Shown here: positions 25,040-32,000 of the stretch, one piece after another
How the letters are laid out: the number at the start of each line of letters is the position of its first letter
Position numbering within the stretch: position 1 is the first letter of the stretch
Program-made: the position numbers and the translations under genes
The notes under the pieces: model-generated
The model's database searches: none
What the model was told of the DNA's origin: nothing
Seen by the model: only the letters and a program-made list of their open reading frames with translations
Assembly: GCF_000020025.1 (NCBI RefSeq)
Contig: NC_010628.1
Location: 1,350,001 to 1,382,000 of the forward strand
From: Nostoc punctiforme PCC 73102
Lineage (GTDB): Bacteria; Cyanobacteriota; Cyanobacteriia; Cyanobacteriales; Nostocaceae
Reading direction: 5' to 3'
Length of the DNA: 32,000 nucleotides

Positions 25040-27496
25040 TTAATATTCAACCTCTTGCATCGCGTCTGAAACCACAAATCCATTATTGGTAAACTTATCA
25101 TCAGCATCAAAAGAATCACCAATTGTAGGCAAGAAACGATCGTATAGTTTCATCGACTGCAAACAACTATTGATACTAGAAACGGCTGAATTGTATGCTG
25201 CAATATTTTCCTCAACAACACTCAATAATCGGCGATTATTCGCAATTTTTTCTTCAGCTTCTTGTTGCAGTGTTTTCTCTAAATAAGCCCGCGCCTGTGG
25301 GTATTGCTGCAAAATCTCATCTGCTTGCTGTTCTGCCATTGGTAACAACTGAGTTTTGAGCGTTTGGTTGATGGTTTGACGGAAAGATTTACGAATAGTA
25401 TGAGAGACTTTTGGCTCAAAATCTAGCTTCAATAATTGCCTAATTGCTGGTTCTGCTTCCACGATACTTTCAGCGTCGTATCCTTGAGAAGTTTGTAATA
25501 AAGTTTGGCGAAATTGATATATAGAAAAAGTGCCTTCATCATAAAATCTTGGACTTTCTCGCACGAAGCGATCGCACTCTACACTAGCTGCACTCACTAA
25601 TGCTTGAGTAACTCCTTTTTCTAAATTTCTGATCTCTTGTTCAATCCCACCATCATTATCTAATAAACGATACAACTGGCGATAATATTCTGACTTGCGA
25701 ATTTTTTCAATCAATCTCTGGAAATAATTCGTAACAACTTGCTGAGATGATTCAATCAAAATATCTTCTAACTGATTTGCTAAGTAATAAAATGCCTCTA
25801 CTAAAATAGCAATTAGAGGTGCAGTAGCGTTGCGAGGATGGCTAATTGTTGCACGTTGATAAGCAGAAGCTACAGAAAAAGTATCTAGCAATTCATCTAA
25901 ACGGCGAATCATTCGTGATTGCAATTGTCTAAAATCTACTTCAAAGGCATCACAAGAATTATTAATTATTTGGTTAACTTCTTCTGTGATATGCTCGCTA
26001 AATTCTCTACCAACTTGCTGGAGTTGCTGATTTAGACGTTGCAACTCTTGCACCTTCATACTCTCAATTTCTTGGGGTTGACTATCTAAATTACGTTGCA
26101 CACTTTGATAATGTTTTTTCAGTTTAATACAAACATCTTCCAAATCATCAGCAAGATTCTTAAATAATTGGGGGCGCTTTTCTTCTGTAAGATAGCGAGT
26201 AATAGCTGTGCGAAATTCTTCAGTACCACTATCTTGAATTAGCTTTTCTATCAGTTCATTTCCCCAATCTCCCAAAATCCGCACATAATTTTGATTTGGG
26301 GTTTCATAGCCATTAACAGAGACACGGAATTTAGTGGTAGATAACTTTCCTGAATTTACGCAGTAGTTGTTAAACGCATAGACAAATTGTGGTGTTTCTT
26401 CTTTACCATCTAAACCTTTAATGCTTTCTGCAAAAACAGAATCTAAACCAAATCTATCTAGTTGATTTGTCTGTTTAATCTGACTGCCATAAAATCCTAA
26501 TAATCCACTTGTTTTATAGACTTTGTTTGAATTAGCAAATTGCCCACTAATTAAATCGTCTAATCGTTGTCGTAGTTGGGTATTGTACCAAGTTTCATCG
26601 ATGCGGTTGAAGACATAGAAGACGCGATCGCGTACTCCCCCATTTTGCCGCATTAATTCCAAAAGTTCTGTTTCTTCTTTTGTCATGTCACCCGCCGCAG
26701 CAGGTTTTAGCACACACACCACCGCCGAAGTATCAGGATGTTGAATTTTAGCATAAGTTAATTGTGCGTCTTTCTCTACTGGTGCATCTATACCTGGTGT
26801 GTCAATAATTACATTTCCATCTTCTAGCAAAGGATGATTGCAGTAATATTCTATTCGCTTCAATACTGCACTATTGCTACCACGACGGGCATATCCAGCC
26901 GCTTCCTTGAGGTTAGAAAAGTTAAATTGCTCCATTGAGTATGTAGCATTATTAACCGTGTTGATGCGATCGCGGTTTGCTATATATCCTTCTACCAACA
27001 ACATTAACGCCTTCGCCTGTTTTGCACGTTCTGATTTACTCTCGCCACCCTCCTGCTGAATAATTGCTTCAGAACCTTGACGTAGCAAAGTAATTACATC
27101 AGCTTGGTTAATATTAGTTACTGTTGTAAATCCTAGTTGCTGACACAAATAAACTGCTTGTTCTCGAATTTCTGCTTCACTTAAAAACGTTAAAACAACA
27201 CGTTCTTTATCTACTTCTGCATACTCGATTTTGCATTCTGTACCTGTAGCGTGTCCTTCTGCACTGTAAAGTAGTTCTCTCTCCAATAGTGCATTGATTA
27301 GCATTGATTTACCAGCACTAAATGCACCTGCAAACACAATCTCAAACTTAGGAGAAATCGCTTTAGTTAAGGAAGTTTGTACAGGTGTAATATCTTGAAA
27401 ATGTAGCGTTGGTTCTTGTTGTAAAAGTTGTAATATCGACTCAACTTGCTCTTTCAAATTTTTGCACTGAAGCGGTAAATCTGACATATTCAGCAT
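25040..27496 (-). CDS. Bacterial dynamin-like protein (large GTPase, dynamin family)
   Basis: 818 aa. G1 is GAFSAGKS (codons at 27305-27328), G2-region HATGT, G3 DTPGID and G4 NRID. A roughly 500-aa helical, Q/E/L-rich stalk region follows. An alternative start at Met4 (27487) has AGGA 8 nt upstream. Confidence 0.9.
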   Translation of the reverse strand: MLNMSDLPLQCKNLKEQVESILQLLQQEPTLHFQDITPVQTSLTKAISPKFEIVFAGAFSAGKSMLINALLERELLYSAEGHATGTECKIEYAEVDKERVVLTFLSEAEIREQAVYLCQQLGFTTVTNINQADVITLLRQGSEAIIQQEGGESKSERAKQAKALMLLVEGYIANRDRINTVNNATYSMEQFNFSNLKEAAGYARRGSNSAVLKRIEYYCNHPLLEDGNVIIDTPGIDAPVEKDAQLTYAKIQHPDTSAVVCVLKPAAAGDMTKEETELLELMRQNGGVRDRVFYVFNRIDETWYNTQLRQRLDDLISGQFANSNKVYKTSGLLGFYGSQIKQTNQLDRFGLDSVFAESIKGLDGKEETPQFVYAFNNYCVNSGKLSTTKFRVSVNGYETPNQNYVRILGDWGNELIEKLIQDSGTEEFRTAITRYLTEEKRPQLFKNLADDLEDVCIKLKKHYQSVQRNLDSQPQEIESMKVQELQRLNQQLQQVGREFSEHITEEVNQIINNSCDAFEVDFRQLQSRMIRRLDELLDTFSVASAYQRATISHPRNATAPLIAILVEAFYYLANQLEDILIESSQQVVTNYFQRLIEKIRKSEYYRQLYRLLDNDGGIEQEIRNLEKGVTQALVSAASVECDRFVRESPRFYDEGTFSIYQFRQTLLQTSQGYDAESIVEAEPAIRQLLKLDFEPKVSHTIRKSFRQTINQTLKTQLLPMAEQQADEILQQYPQARAYLEKTLQQEAEEKIANNRRLLSVVEENIAAYNSAVSSINSCLQSMKLYDRFLPTIGDSFDADDKFTNNGFVVSDAMQEVEY

Positions 27497-27831
27497 CCTG
27501 ACAATATTTATGTATATGTTAGTTACATTTATTGTCTTGATGGTTCAGTAATATTTCTGAGATATTTGAGGTAGTAGCGTTACCGGATATCACTTAATCC
27601 ACAAATATCATGTCTGCTTAAAAACTTATTAAACTAACGCGGTTAAACCCTTTGCTCTCTCTGTTCGCGGCAGGAGACAGAGATCAATTTTCCTTATATA
27701 TTAGTTTTGAGAAAAAAATCTGTGTATTTAGATACTTTTTAGAGACTTTTTTCCAAATGTCATGGTATTGTAACTTAAGCAAAGCCTTGCTCAGTCAATT
27801 CAAGGAGTCATGATTATCGAGTGGTTGATTC

Positions 27832-28404
27832 ATGATCGATAGTAAAAAAGTTCGGTTGAAGTGGCAAAATTATTGGTTTAAAACCTTTGGTAGATGGCGT
27901 TCTTGTCCGTTAACCTGTCCAATAGACAGACCTCATCATCGCCATGTTTTTTGGAGTTGGATCGGTAGTTTTTTAGCCATCACAGCAACGTCTTACCTTG
28001 CTGTTAAAACTAATTCTCCTTTGCTAATGGCTCCTTTTGGTGCTACAAGTGTCTTGATCTTTGGTGTCCCTGACAGTCCTTTAGCTCAACCTCGTAATGT
28101 CATTGGGGGTAATCTTTTAGCTGCTATAGTGAGTCTGATAATTCTGCATTTTTTCGGTGCTTCTCCCTTGGCAATGGGAATGGCTGTTTCTGGTGCGATC
28201 GCAATTATGCAGTTTACCGGAACTGTACACCCACCTTCAGGTGCTGTTGCATTAGTTGTCATGATGACGAAACCAGGCTGGCTATTTCTGCTAACACCTG
28301 CCTTTGAGGGATCGATGATCTTAGTGCTAATAACAACATTGTCTCTAGAGAAATCAAACAAAAAATGTAGGGGCAAGCGATGCTCTGCCCCTGAGTGTGT
28401 ATAG
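27832..28404 (+). CDS. HPP family membrane protein (nitrite-transporter-related family)
   Basis: 190 aa with several TM segments and the eponymous motif GTVHPPSGAVAL. The last ~25 aa look atypical. Confidence 0.8.
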   Translation: MIDSKKVRLKWQNYWFKTFGRWRSCPLTCPIDRPHHRHVFWSWIGSFLAITATSYLAVKTNSPLLMAPFGATSVLIFGVPDSPLAQPRNVIGGNLLAAIVSLIILHFFGASPLAMGMAVSGAIAIMQFTGTVHPPSGAVALVVMMTKPGWLFLLTPAFEGSMILVLITTLSLEKSNKKCRGKRCSAPECV

Positions 28405-28446
28405 TTTTGTGTAAGTCCTAAATAGGGAAAATACGCTGTATTACAA

Positions 28447-29013
28447 CTAACTCGATACTGAATTAGCTGCCTCGGAAGCTTTCGCAGCAGGTGGAAAACC
28501 ACCCATGCGAATCTCAGAAGTGAAGGAAGTAATGCTAAATCCACCAAAACTCTTGAGGACATTTACCCGCATTCGCAAATTGGGGCTAGCAAACCACAGG
28601 CGCTCCTCTGACCAGATGTTTTCATCTTCTATAGTTAGGATTAAAGCACCATCACTGTCAAATTTGTAGTGTCCAGCAACTGGAGTTTTCTCAGCATCAA
28701 CTACTTCCCGCAGTAACTTGCCTTCAGACGGATTATCTGCATCGGGTACTGAAACTAACACAGTTGAACCACTATGTTTTGTTTGATCCTTTTCCATTGT
28801 GCCATTCCAGTTAATTTTGATAGCACAGGAGGCGGAACTAGGATTAATTTCGTACTGTTGACACAGTTTGGTCGCTTCTGGATGATCTACTGCTAAGGTA
28901 TCAATGATAATGTCTGACTTGCTATGTTCAGATTGATTCAAAGCTAAATGTTGACTAGTCCGATGAGAAAACCATTTACCAGCGCTTAACTGAAAAAACT
29001 CTTCAATATTCAT
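28447..29013 (-). CDS. cpcS: CpcS/CpeS-family phycobiliprotein (bilin) lyase
   Basis: 188 aa. [24 protein letters not shown] at the N-terminus and [36 protein letters not shown] at the C-terminus are hallmark S-type lyase sequence. Confidence 0.85.
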   Translation of the reverse strand: MNIEEFFQLSAGKWFSHRTSQHLALNQSEHSKSDIIIDTLAVDHPEATKLCQQYEINPSSASCAIKINWNGTMEKDQTKHSGSTVLVSVPDADNPSEGKLLREVVDAEKTPVAGHYKFDSDGALILTIEDENIWSEERLWFASPNLRMRVNVLKSFGGFSITSFTSEIRMGGFPPAAKASEAANSVSS

Positions 29014-29088
29014 GAATGAAATTACCCTGCATCAAAATGCTAAAATTCCCACTTAATTATTAAAAGGTAGTAGGAGGCTCTAATATTA

Positions 29089-29778
29089 TTAAGCTTGATC
29101 GCCTATTTCCTCAAGCTTCTTGAGGCCAATTCTGGCTGCCTCAGCAACGTTGAAATGATTGTCTTTTTCTAAGTATTTTAAAGCTGAGACACTCTTGGGA
29201 GTGGGAAGATTACCCAAAGCTTCTGCCAAACGCTGCCTGACTAACCAATCATCTGATTGGGCAAAGCGTAGAATCTGATCGACAGACTCAATATCTTTAA
29301 TTTCTCCGAGCGCAGAAATTGCAGCTTGTTGCAACACTACTTCTTTGCTATCTAATGCCTGAAGAAGAATTTGACGGGCACGGGGGTCTTTAATGTTACC
29401 AAGAGAAACGGCTGCACTAAAGCGTACTAGCCAATCAGTATCTTCATAAAACGCCCGTGAAAGCACTTCAAAGGCTCTGGCATCGCCCAAATATCCTAAA
29501 GCACCGGCGGCATCAGCGCGGATGCCATAATCGGGGTCATTTTCGAGAATTCTGACCAAAATTGAATAACATTCTGGCGTTGGCTTGATTCCAAGGGCAA
29601 ATATTGCCATCGATCGCAGTTGCAAAGATTCGTCGTCTAGTACCTTTTTAATTAAAGGGACTGCCTGTTCAGGAGAAACATGACGCAGATTAGCAAGAGC
29701 TACCATGCGATCGCGTAAGTTCGGACTTTCTAACTGAGTAGAAATTTCTTGTAAGCTGAGAGCTGTCATGTAGTTCAA
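29089..29778 (-). CDS. HEAT-repeat (PBS lyase HEAT-like) protein, NblB-like
   Basis: 229 aa made of repeated LxDxDxxVRxxAAxALGxIGD-type units (e.g. DWLVRFSAAVSLGNIKDPRA, DYGIRADAAGALGYLGDARA). Confidence 0.85.
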   Translation of the reverse strand: MNYMTALSLQEISTQLESPNLRDRMVALANLRHVSPEQAVPLIKKVLDDESLQLRSMAIFALGIKPTPECYSILVRILENDPDYGIRADAAGALGYLGDARAFEVLSRAFYEDTDWLVRFSAAVSLGNIKDPRARQILLQALDSKEVVLQQAAISALGEIKDIESVDQILRFAQSDDWLVRQRLAEALGNLPTPKSVSALKYLEKDNHFNVAEAARIGLKKLEEIGDQA

Positions 29779-30041
29779 AGCATTTTCTTTACTTATCTTA
29801 ATTTACCCGATCCTTTCATCAGGCTGTCACCATAGTGAAGTAGGAGTTTGGCGACTTTACAAAATGACTCAATTATGAGTGAAAAATAAATAAATGTTAC
29901 TTTCCGCTAGATTGTGTGTTGAACTTAGCAGTTAGACTTAACACTTAGATATACCTGAAGTATGAAGAGAATGATTGGATAGCAGACGTAGGTTAGGGGT
30001 GTGACTGTTAAATACAGCATCAAACCTTTAGGAGAATCACA

Positions 30042-30593
30042 ATGGTTCAACTTAGCGAACGTCCCGGCACCAAAAAAATCACAAACTTGCAGGATAAGTT
30101 CATCTATGAGCTTGGTGGTATATACGATGCTGAACACCGCTTTTTGGAAGCACAGCAATTAATGTGGCAGTATAGCCAACATAGCCAGTTGAAGTCCTTG
30201 CTCGAAACCCATATTGGCGAAACCGAGCAGCAAATTAGGAATTTAGAGCAGGTATTCAGGACCTTGGGACAGCAACCGCAGCGCGTTACTTGTGATGCGG
30301 CGGCTGGTCTGATTAGTGATGGTCAAAAATTAACACTACTGTCTGCTGATAATCCTCAAATTGTGGATTTAGGGCTAGCAGGCGGACAGGCCAAGGTAGA
30401 ACAGTTGGAAATTGCCGCCTATCGTGCTTTGATTAGAGGTGCCGAGCAGATGGGGCAGAACGAAGTAGTGCAGCTGCTACAGCAAAACTTGCAGCAGGAA
30501 GAGCAGACAGCTAAAAAGATTGAGCAGCATCTGCCACAGTTACTTAAAGAGGCAAAGTCGGCTGAAGGTTCAAATGCTAATAGGTCTCGTTAA
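30042..30593 (+). CDS. DUF892 (YciE/YciF-like) ferritin-like protein
   Basis: 183 aa with LGGIYDAEHRFLEAQQ and EIAAYRALI motifs. AGGAGA lies 7 nt upstream of the ATG. Confidence 0.85.
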   Translation: MVQLSERPGTKKITNLQDKFIYELGGIYDAEHRFLEAQQLMWQYSQHSQLKSLLETHIGETEQQIRNLEQVFRTLGQQPQRVTCDAAAGLISDGQKLTLLSADNPQIVDLGLAGGQAKVEQLEIAAYRALIRGAEQMGQNEVVQLLQQNLQQEEQTAKKIEQHLPQLLKEAKSAEGSNANRSR

Positions 30594-30622
30594 TCTTGTG
30601 TAAACTACTGGTGTAGTGGACT

Positions 30623-30662
30623 AAAAAACAAGCGAGGCAACCATCGGTCTCGCTTGTTTTTT
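30623..30662 (+). terminator. Rho-independent terminator
   Basis: aaaaaacaagcgag-gcaaccatcggt-ctcgcttgtttttt, a GC-containing stem flanked by A and T runs, 30 nt after the stop at 30593. Confidence 0.8.
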
Positions 30663-30819
30663 GGTTTGTACGATACCTTTTCTGCGGAACGCTAACCACT
30701 GATGCACTTTTAAAGCAATTTTAAGAATAAGAATATATTTAGCAATATTCTGCTTTTTCTTGAACCCGACTATTTGTAGAAGTCTGGTTCAAACTATATA
30801 TTTAGACTAGGTTTCAGAA

Positions 30820-30904
30820 CGGAGAGGGGGGGATTCGAACCCCCGTTAAGTTTCCCTAAACAGACTTTCCAGGTCTGCGCCTTAAACCACTCGGCCACCT
30901 CTCC
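30820..30904 (-). tRNA. trnS: tRNA-Ser (anticodon GGA)
   Basis: The reverse complement GGAGAGGTGGCCGAGTGGTTTAAGGCGCAGACCTGGAAAGTCTGTTTAGGGAAACTTAACGGGGGTTCGAATCCCCCCTCTCCG folds as a cloverleaf. It has a 7-bp acceptor stem, the anticodon stem CAGAC/GTCTG with loop CTGGAAA, a long variable arm and the T arm GGGGG-TTCGAAT-CCCCC. No CCA is encoded. Confidence 0.9.
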
Positions 30905-31011
30905 AGGTGCCACAAGTTACGATCATACTATAGAATCCCAGAAAATGCAAAGATAAAGAAAGATATTCTTAGATTGAATCTGAAAGTCCTAATTCCACAA
31001 CGCAAATCCAG

Positions 31012-31380
31012 ATGTCCCGTACATACACAATTAAAGTTCGCGATCGCGCCACTGGCAAAACACACACCCTAAAAGTGCCAGAAGACCGTTATATCCTGCA
31101 CACTGCCGAAAAACAAGGTGTGGAACTACCGTTTTCCTGTCGCAACGGAGCTTGCACCGCTTGTGCTGTGAGGGTATTGTCAGGAGAAATTTATCAACCA
31201 GAGGCGATCGGATTGTCACCAGATTTACGTCAGCAAGGTTATGCCCTGTTGTGTGTGAGTTATCCCCGTTCTGACTTGGAAGTAGAGACACAAGACGAAG
31301 ATGAAGTCTACGAACTCCAGTTTGGGCGCTATTTTGCTAAGGGGAAAGTTAAAGCGGGTTTACCGTTAGATGAGGAATAA
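31012..31380 (+). CDS. Plant-type [2Fe-2S] ferredoxin with C-terminal extension (Fed2/FdC2-like)
   Basis: 122 aa. Cluster ligands are in CRNGACTACAVRVLSG ... LLCVSYP. An extra ~20-aa tail (YELQFGRYFAKGKVKAGLPLDEE) is absent from canonical ~99-aa PetF. Confidence 0.85.
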   Translation: MSRTYTIKVRDRATGKTHTLKVPEDRYILHTAEKQGVELPFSCRNGACTACAVRVLSGEIYQPEAIGLSPDLRQQGYALLCVSYPRSDLEVETQDEDEVYELQFGRYFAKGKVKAGLPLDEE

Positions 31381-31392
31381 ACAATTGAATAA

Positions 31393-31451
31393 GGCAGGAG
31401 GCAGGTGGTCGCCGAGCGCAGCCGAGGTGAGGCAGGGAGCAGGGGGCAAGA
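31393..31451. repeat. GGCAGGA-type heptamer array interrupted by a different small repeat
   Basis: ggcaggaggcaggt | ggtcgccgagcgcagccgaggtga | ggcagggagcagggggcaaga. The heptamer family is the same as at 1796-1848. Confidence 0.5.
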
Positions 31452-31495
31452 AGTTCTGCTCTCTAGGCGCAGCAGCGACCATAGGAGAATTTGTG

Positions 31496-32000
31496 ATGGT
31501 TGTGAGTCTTGGTAACTGGATACGAAAAATAGCCATTTTGGTTTGCTTATTGCTCTTGGTGAGTTGCCAAAGCAAAAACCAGTTGCCAAATAATCAGGCT
31601 CAGGTGAAAGTAGCGCGGGTAGTTAGCGGGCAAAGTTTGGAAGTGTTAGGAATGGCTGAACAACCGAATTTGATTTCTCAAGTGCGGTTAGTTGGCGTTG
31701 ATGCACCAGATTTGCGACAGAGACCTTGGGGAGAAGCAGCAAAAGAACAGTTAGAAAATCTTATTGGTGGTGCAGAAGAATTGGTTGAACTAGAGTTTGA
31801 TTTAGAAGCAAAAGATAAAATCGGGCGAACTCTAGCTTATGTATGGAAAAATAAGGTGTTGTTGAATGAAGAATTAGTGAAACAAGGGAATGCAATGTTT
31901 GTTGGGCGATCGCCTAACCACAAATATGACCAGCGTTTAGAACGTGCCCAACAATGGGCTAGACTCATGGGTCAAGGAATCTGGAACCCAGAAAAACCCA
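31496..32000 (+). CDS. Thermonuclease (SNase-like) family lipoprotein, 3'-partial
   Basis: This ORF is absent from the track because it runs off the window. The ATG at 31496 has AGGAGA 8 nt upstream. Lipoprotein signal MVVSLGNWIRKIAILVCLLLLVSC. SNase-like motifs VRLVGVDAPDLRQRPWGEAAKE, GRTLAYVW and LVKQGNA are present. Confidence 0.8.
   Translation, partial: MVVSLGNWIRKIAILVCLLLLVSCQSKNQLPNNQAQVKVARVVSGQSLEVLGMAEQPNLISQVRLVGVDAPDLRQRPWGEAAKEQLENLIGGAEELVELEFDLEAKDKIGRTLAYVWKNKVLLNEELVKQGNAMFVGRSPNHKYDQRLERAQQWARLMGQGIWNPEKP

Noticed and set aside
25040-27496. Is the dynamin-like gene a canonical Eleos (LeoA/LeoBC) defence system?
   Set aside because: Only one dynamin-family gene is present. 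The neighbour is a 126-aa KGK protein rather than a second or third GTPase. The flanks are housekeeping genes, and the gene carries several HIP1 sites. A defence role is still possible, but not as the described Eleos architecture.
27500-27790. NtcA (GTA-N8-TAC) sites upstream of the HPP gene
   Set aside because: The near matches have the wrong spacing: gtatatgttagttac is N9, gtagtagcgttac is N7 and gtatttagatac is N6. None fits the canonical N8 spacing, so I make no NtcA call.
30700-31011. tRNA-Ser as an integration site for a genomic island
   Set aside because: There is no integrase, no duplicated copy of the tRNA 3' end and no compositional break on either side. The flanking genes (DUF892, ferredoxin) look like core genes.
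1-31380. A linked redox-regulation island (CP12 fusion, ftrC, FdC2-type ferredoxin in one window)
   Set aside because: The three loci are 3-27 kb apart, on different strands and separated by unrelated genes. This is most simply coincidence in a photosynthetic genome.

Overview
The window looks like chromosomal DNA from a filamentous Nostoc/Anabaena-type cyanobacterium. I counted about 29 copies by eye of the HIP1 palindrome GCGATCGC. There are several short tandem heptamer arrays, two PEP-CTERM proteins, and cyanobacterial marker genes (CP12, ftrC, a CpcS-type bilin lyase). Gene order from left to right: CBS-CP12 (partial); an lptA-like/lptB/lptFG LPS-export cluster; a translationally coupled ftrC-DUF309 pair; a PEP-CTERM protein; DUF58; a decayed ParE toxin relic. 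Next is a secreted phosphoesterase / porin / exoprotein block whose divergent promoter carries an 11-bp-phased Pho-box-like array. Then come a VOC protein, an Rpn-family PD-(D/E)XK nuclease, a PIN/TRAM protein, hemW, a GalU-type nucleotidyltransferase, a THUMP RNA methyltransferase, an orphan acidic protein, an FAD-dependent protein and a Tat-signal LD-carboxypeptidase. The right end holds a KGK small protein plus an 818-aa dynamin-like GTPase, an HPP-family protein, a CpcS lyase with an NblB-like HEAT protein, DUF892, tRNA-Ser(GGA), an FdC2/Fed2-type ferredoxin and a partial thermonuclease lipoprotein. No CRISPR array, rRNA, intact transposon or prophage was seen. The best candidate for an under-described system is the KGK + dynamin-like GTPase pair at 24567-27496. 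Secondary leads are a possible intragenic small protein in the Rpn nuclease and the Pho-box-flanked exo-phosphoesterase/porin block. All functional calls rest on motif recognition by eye; no searches were run.
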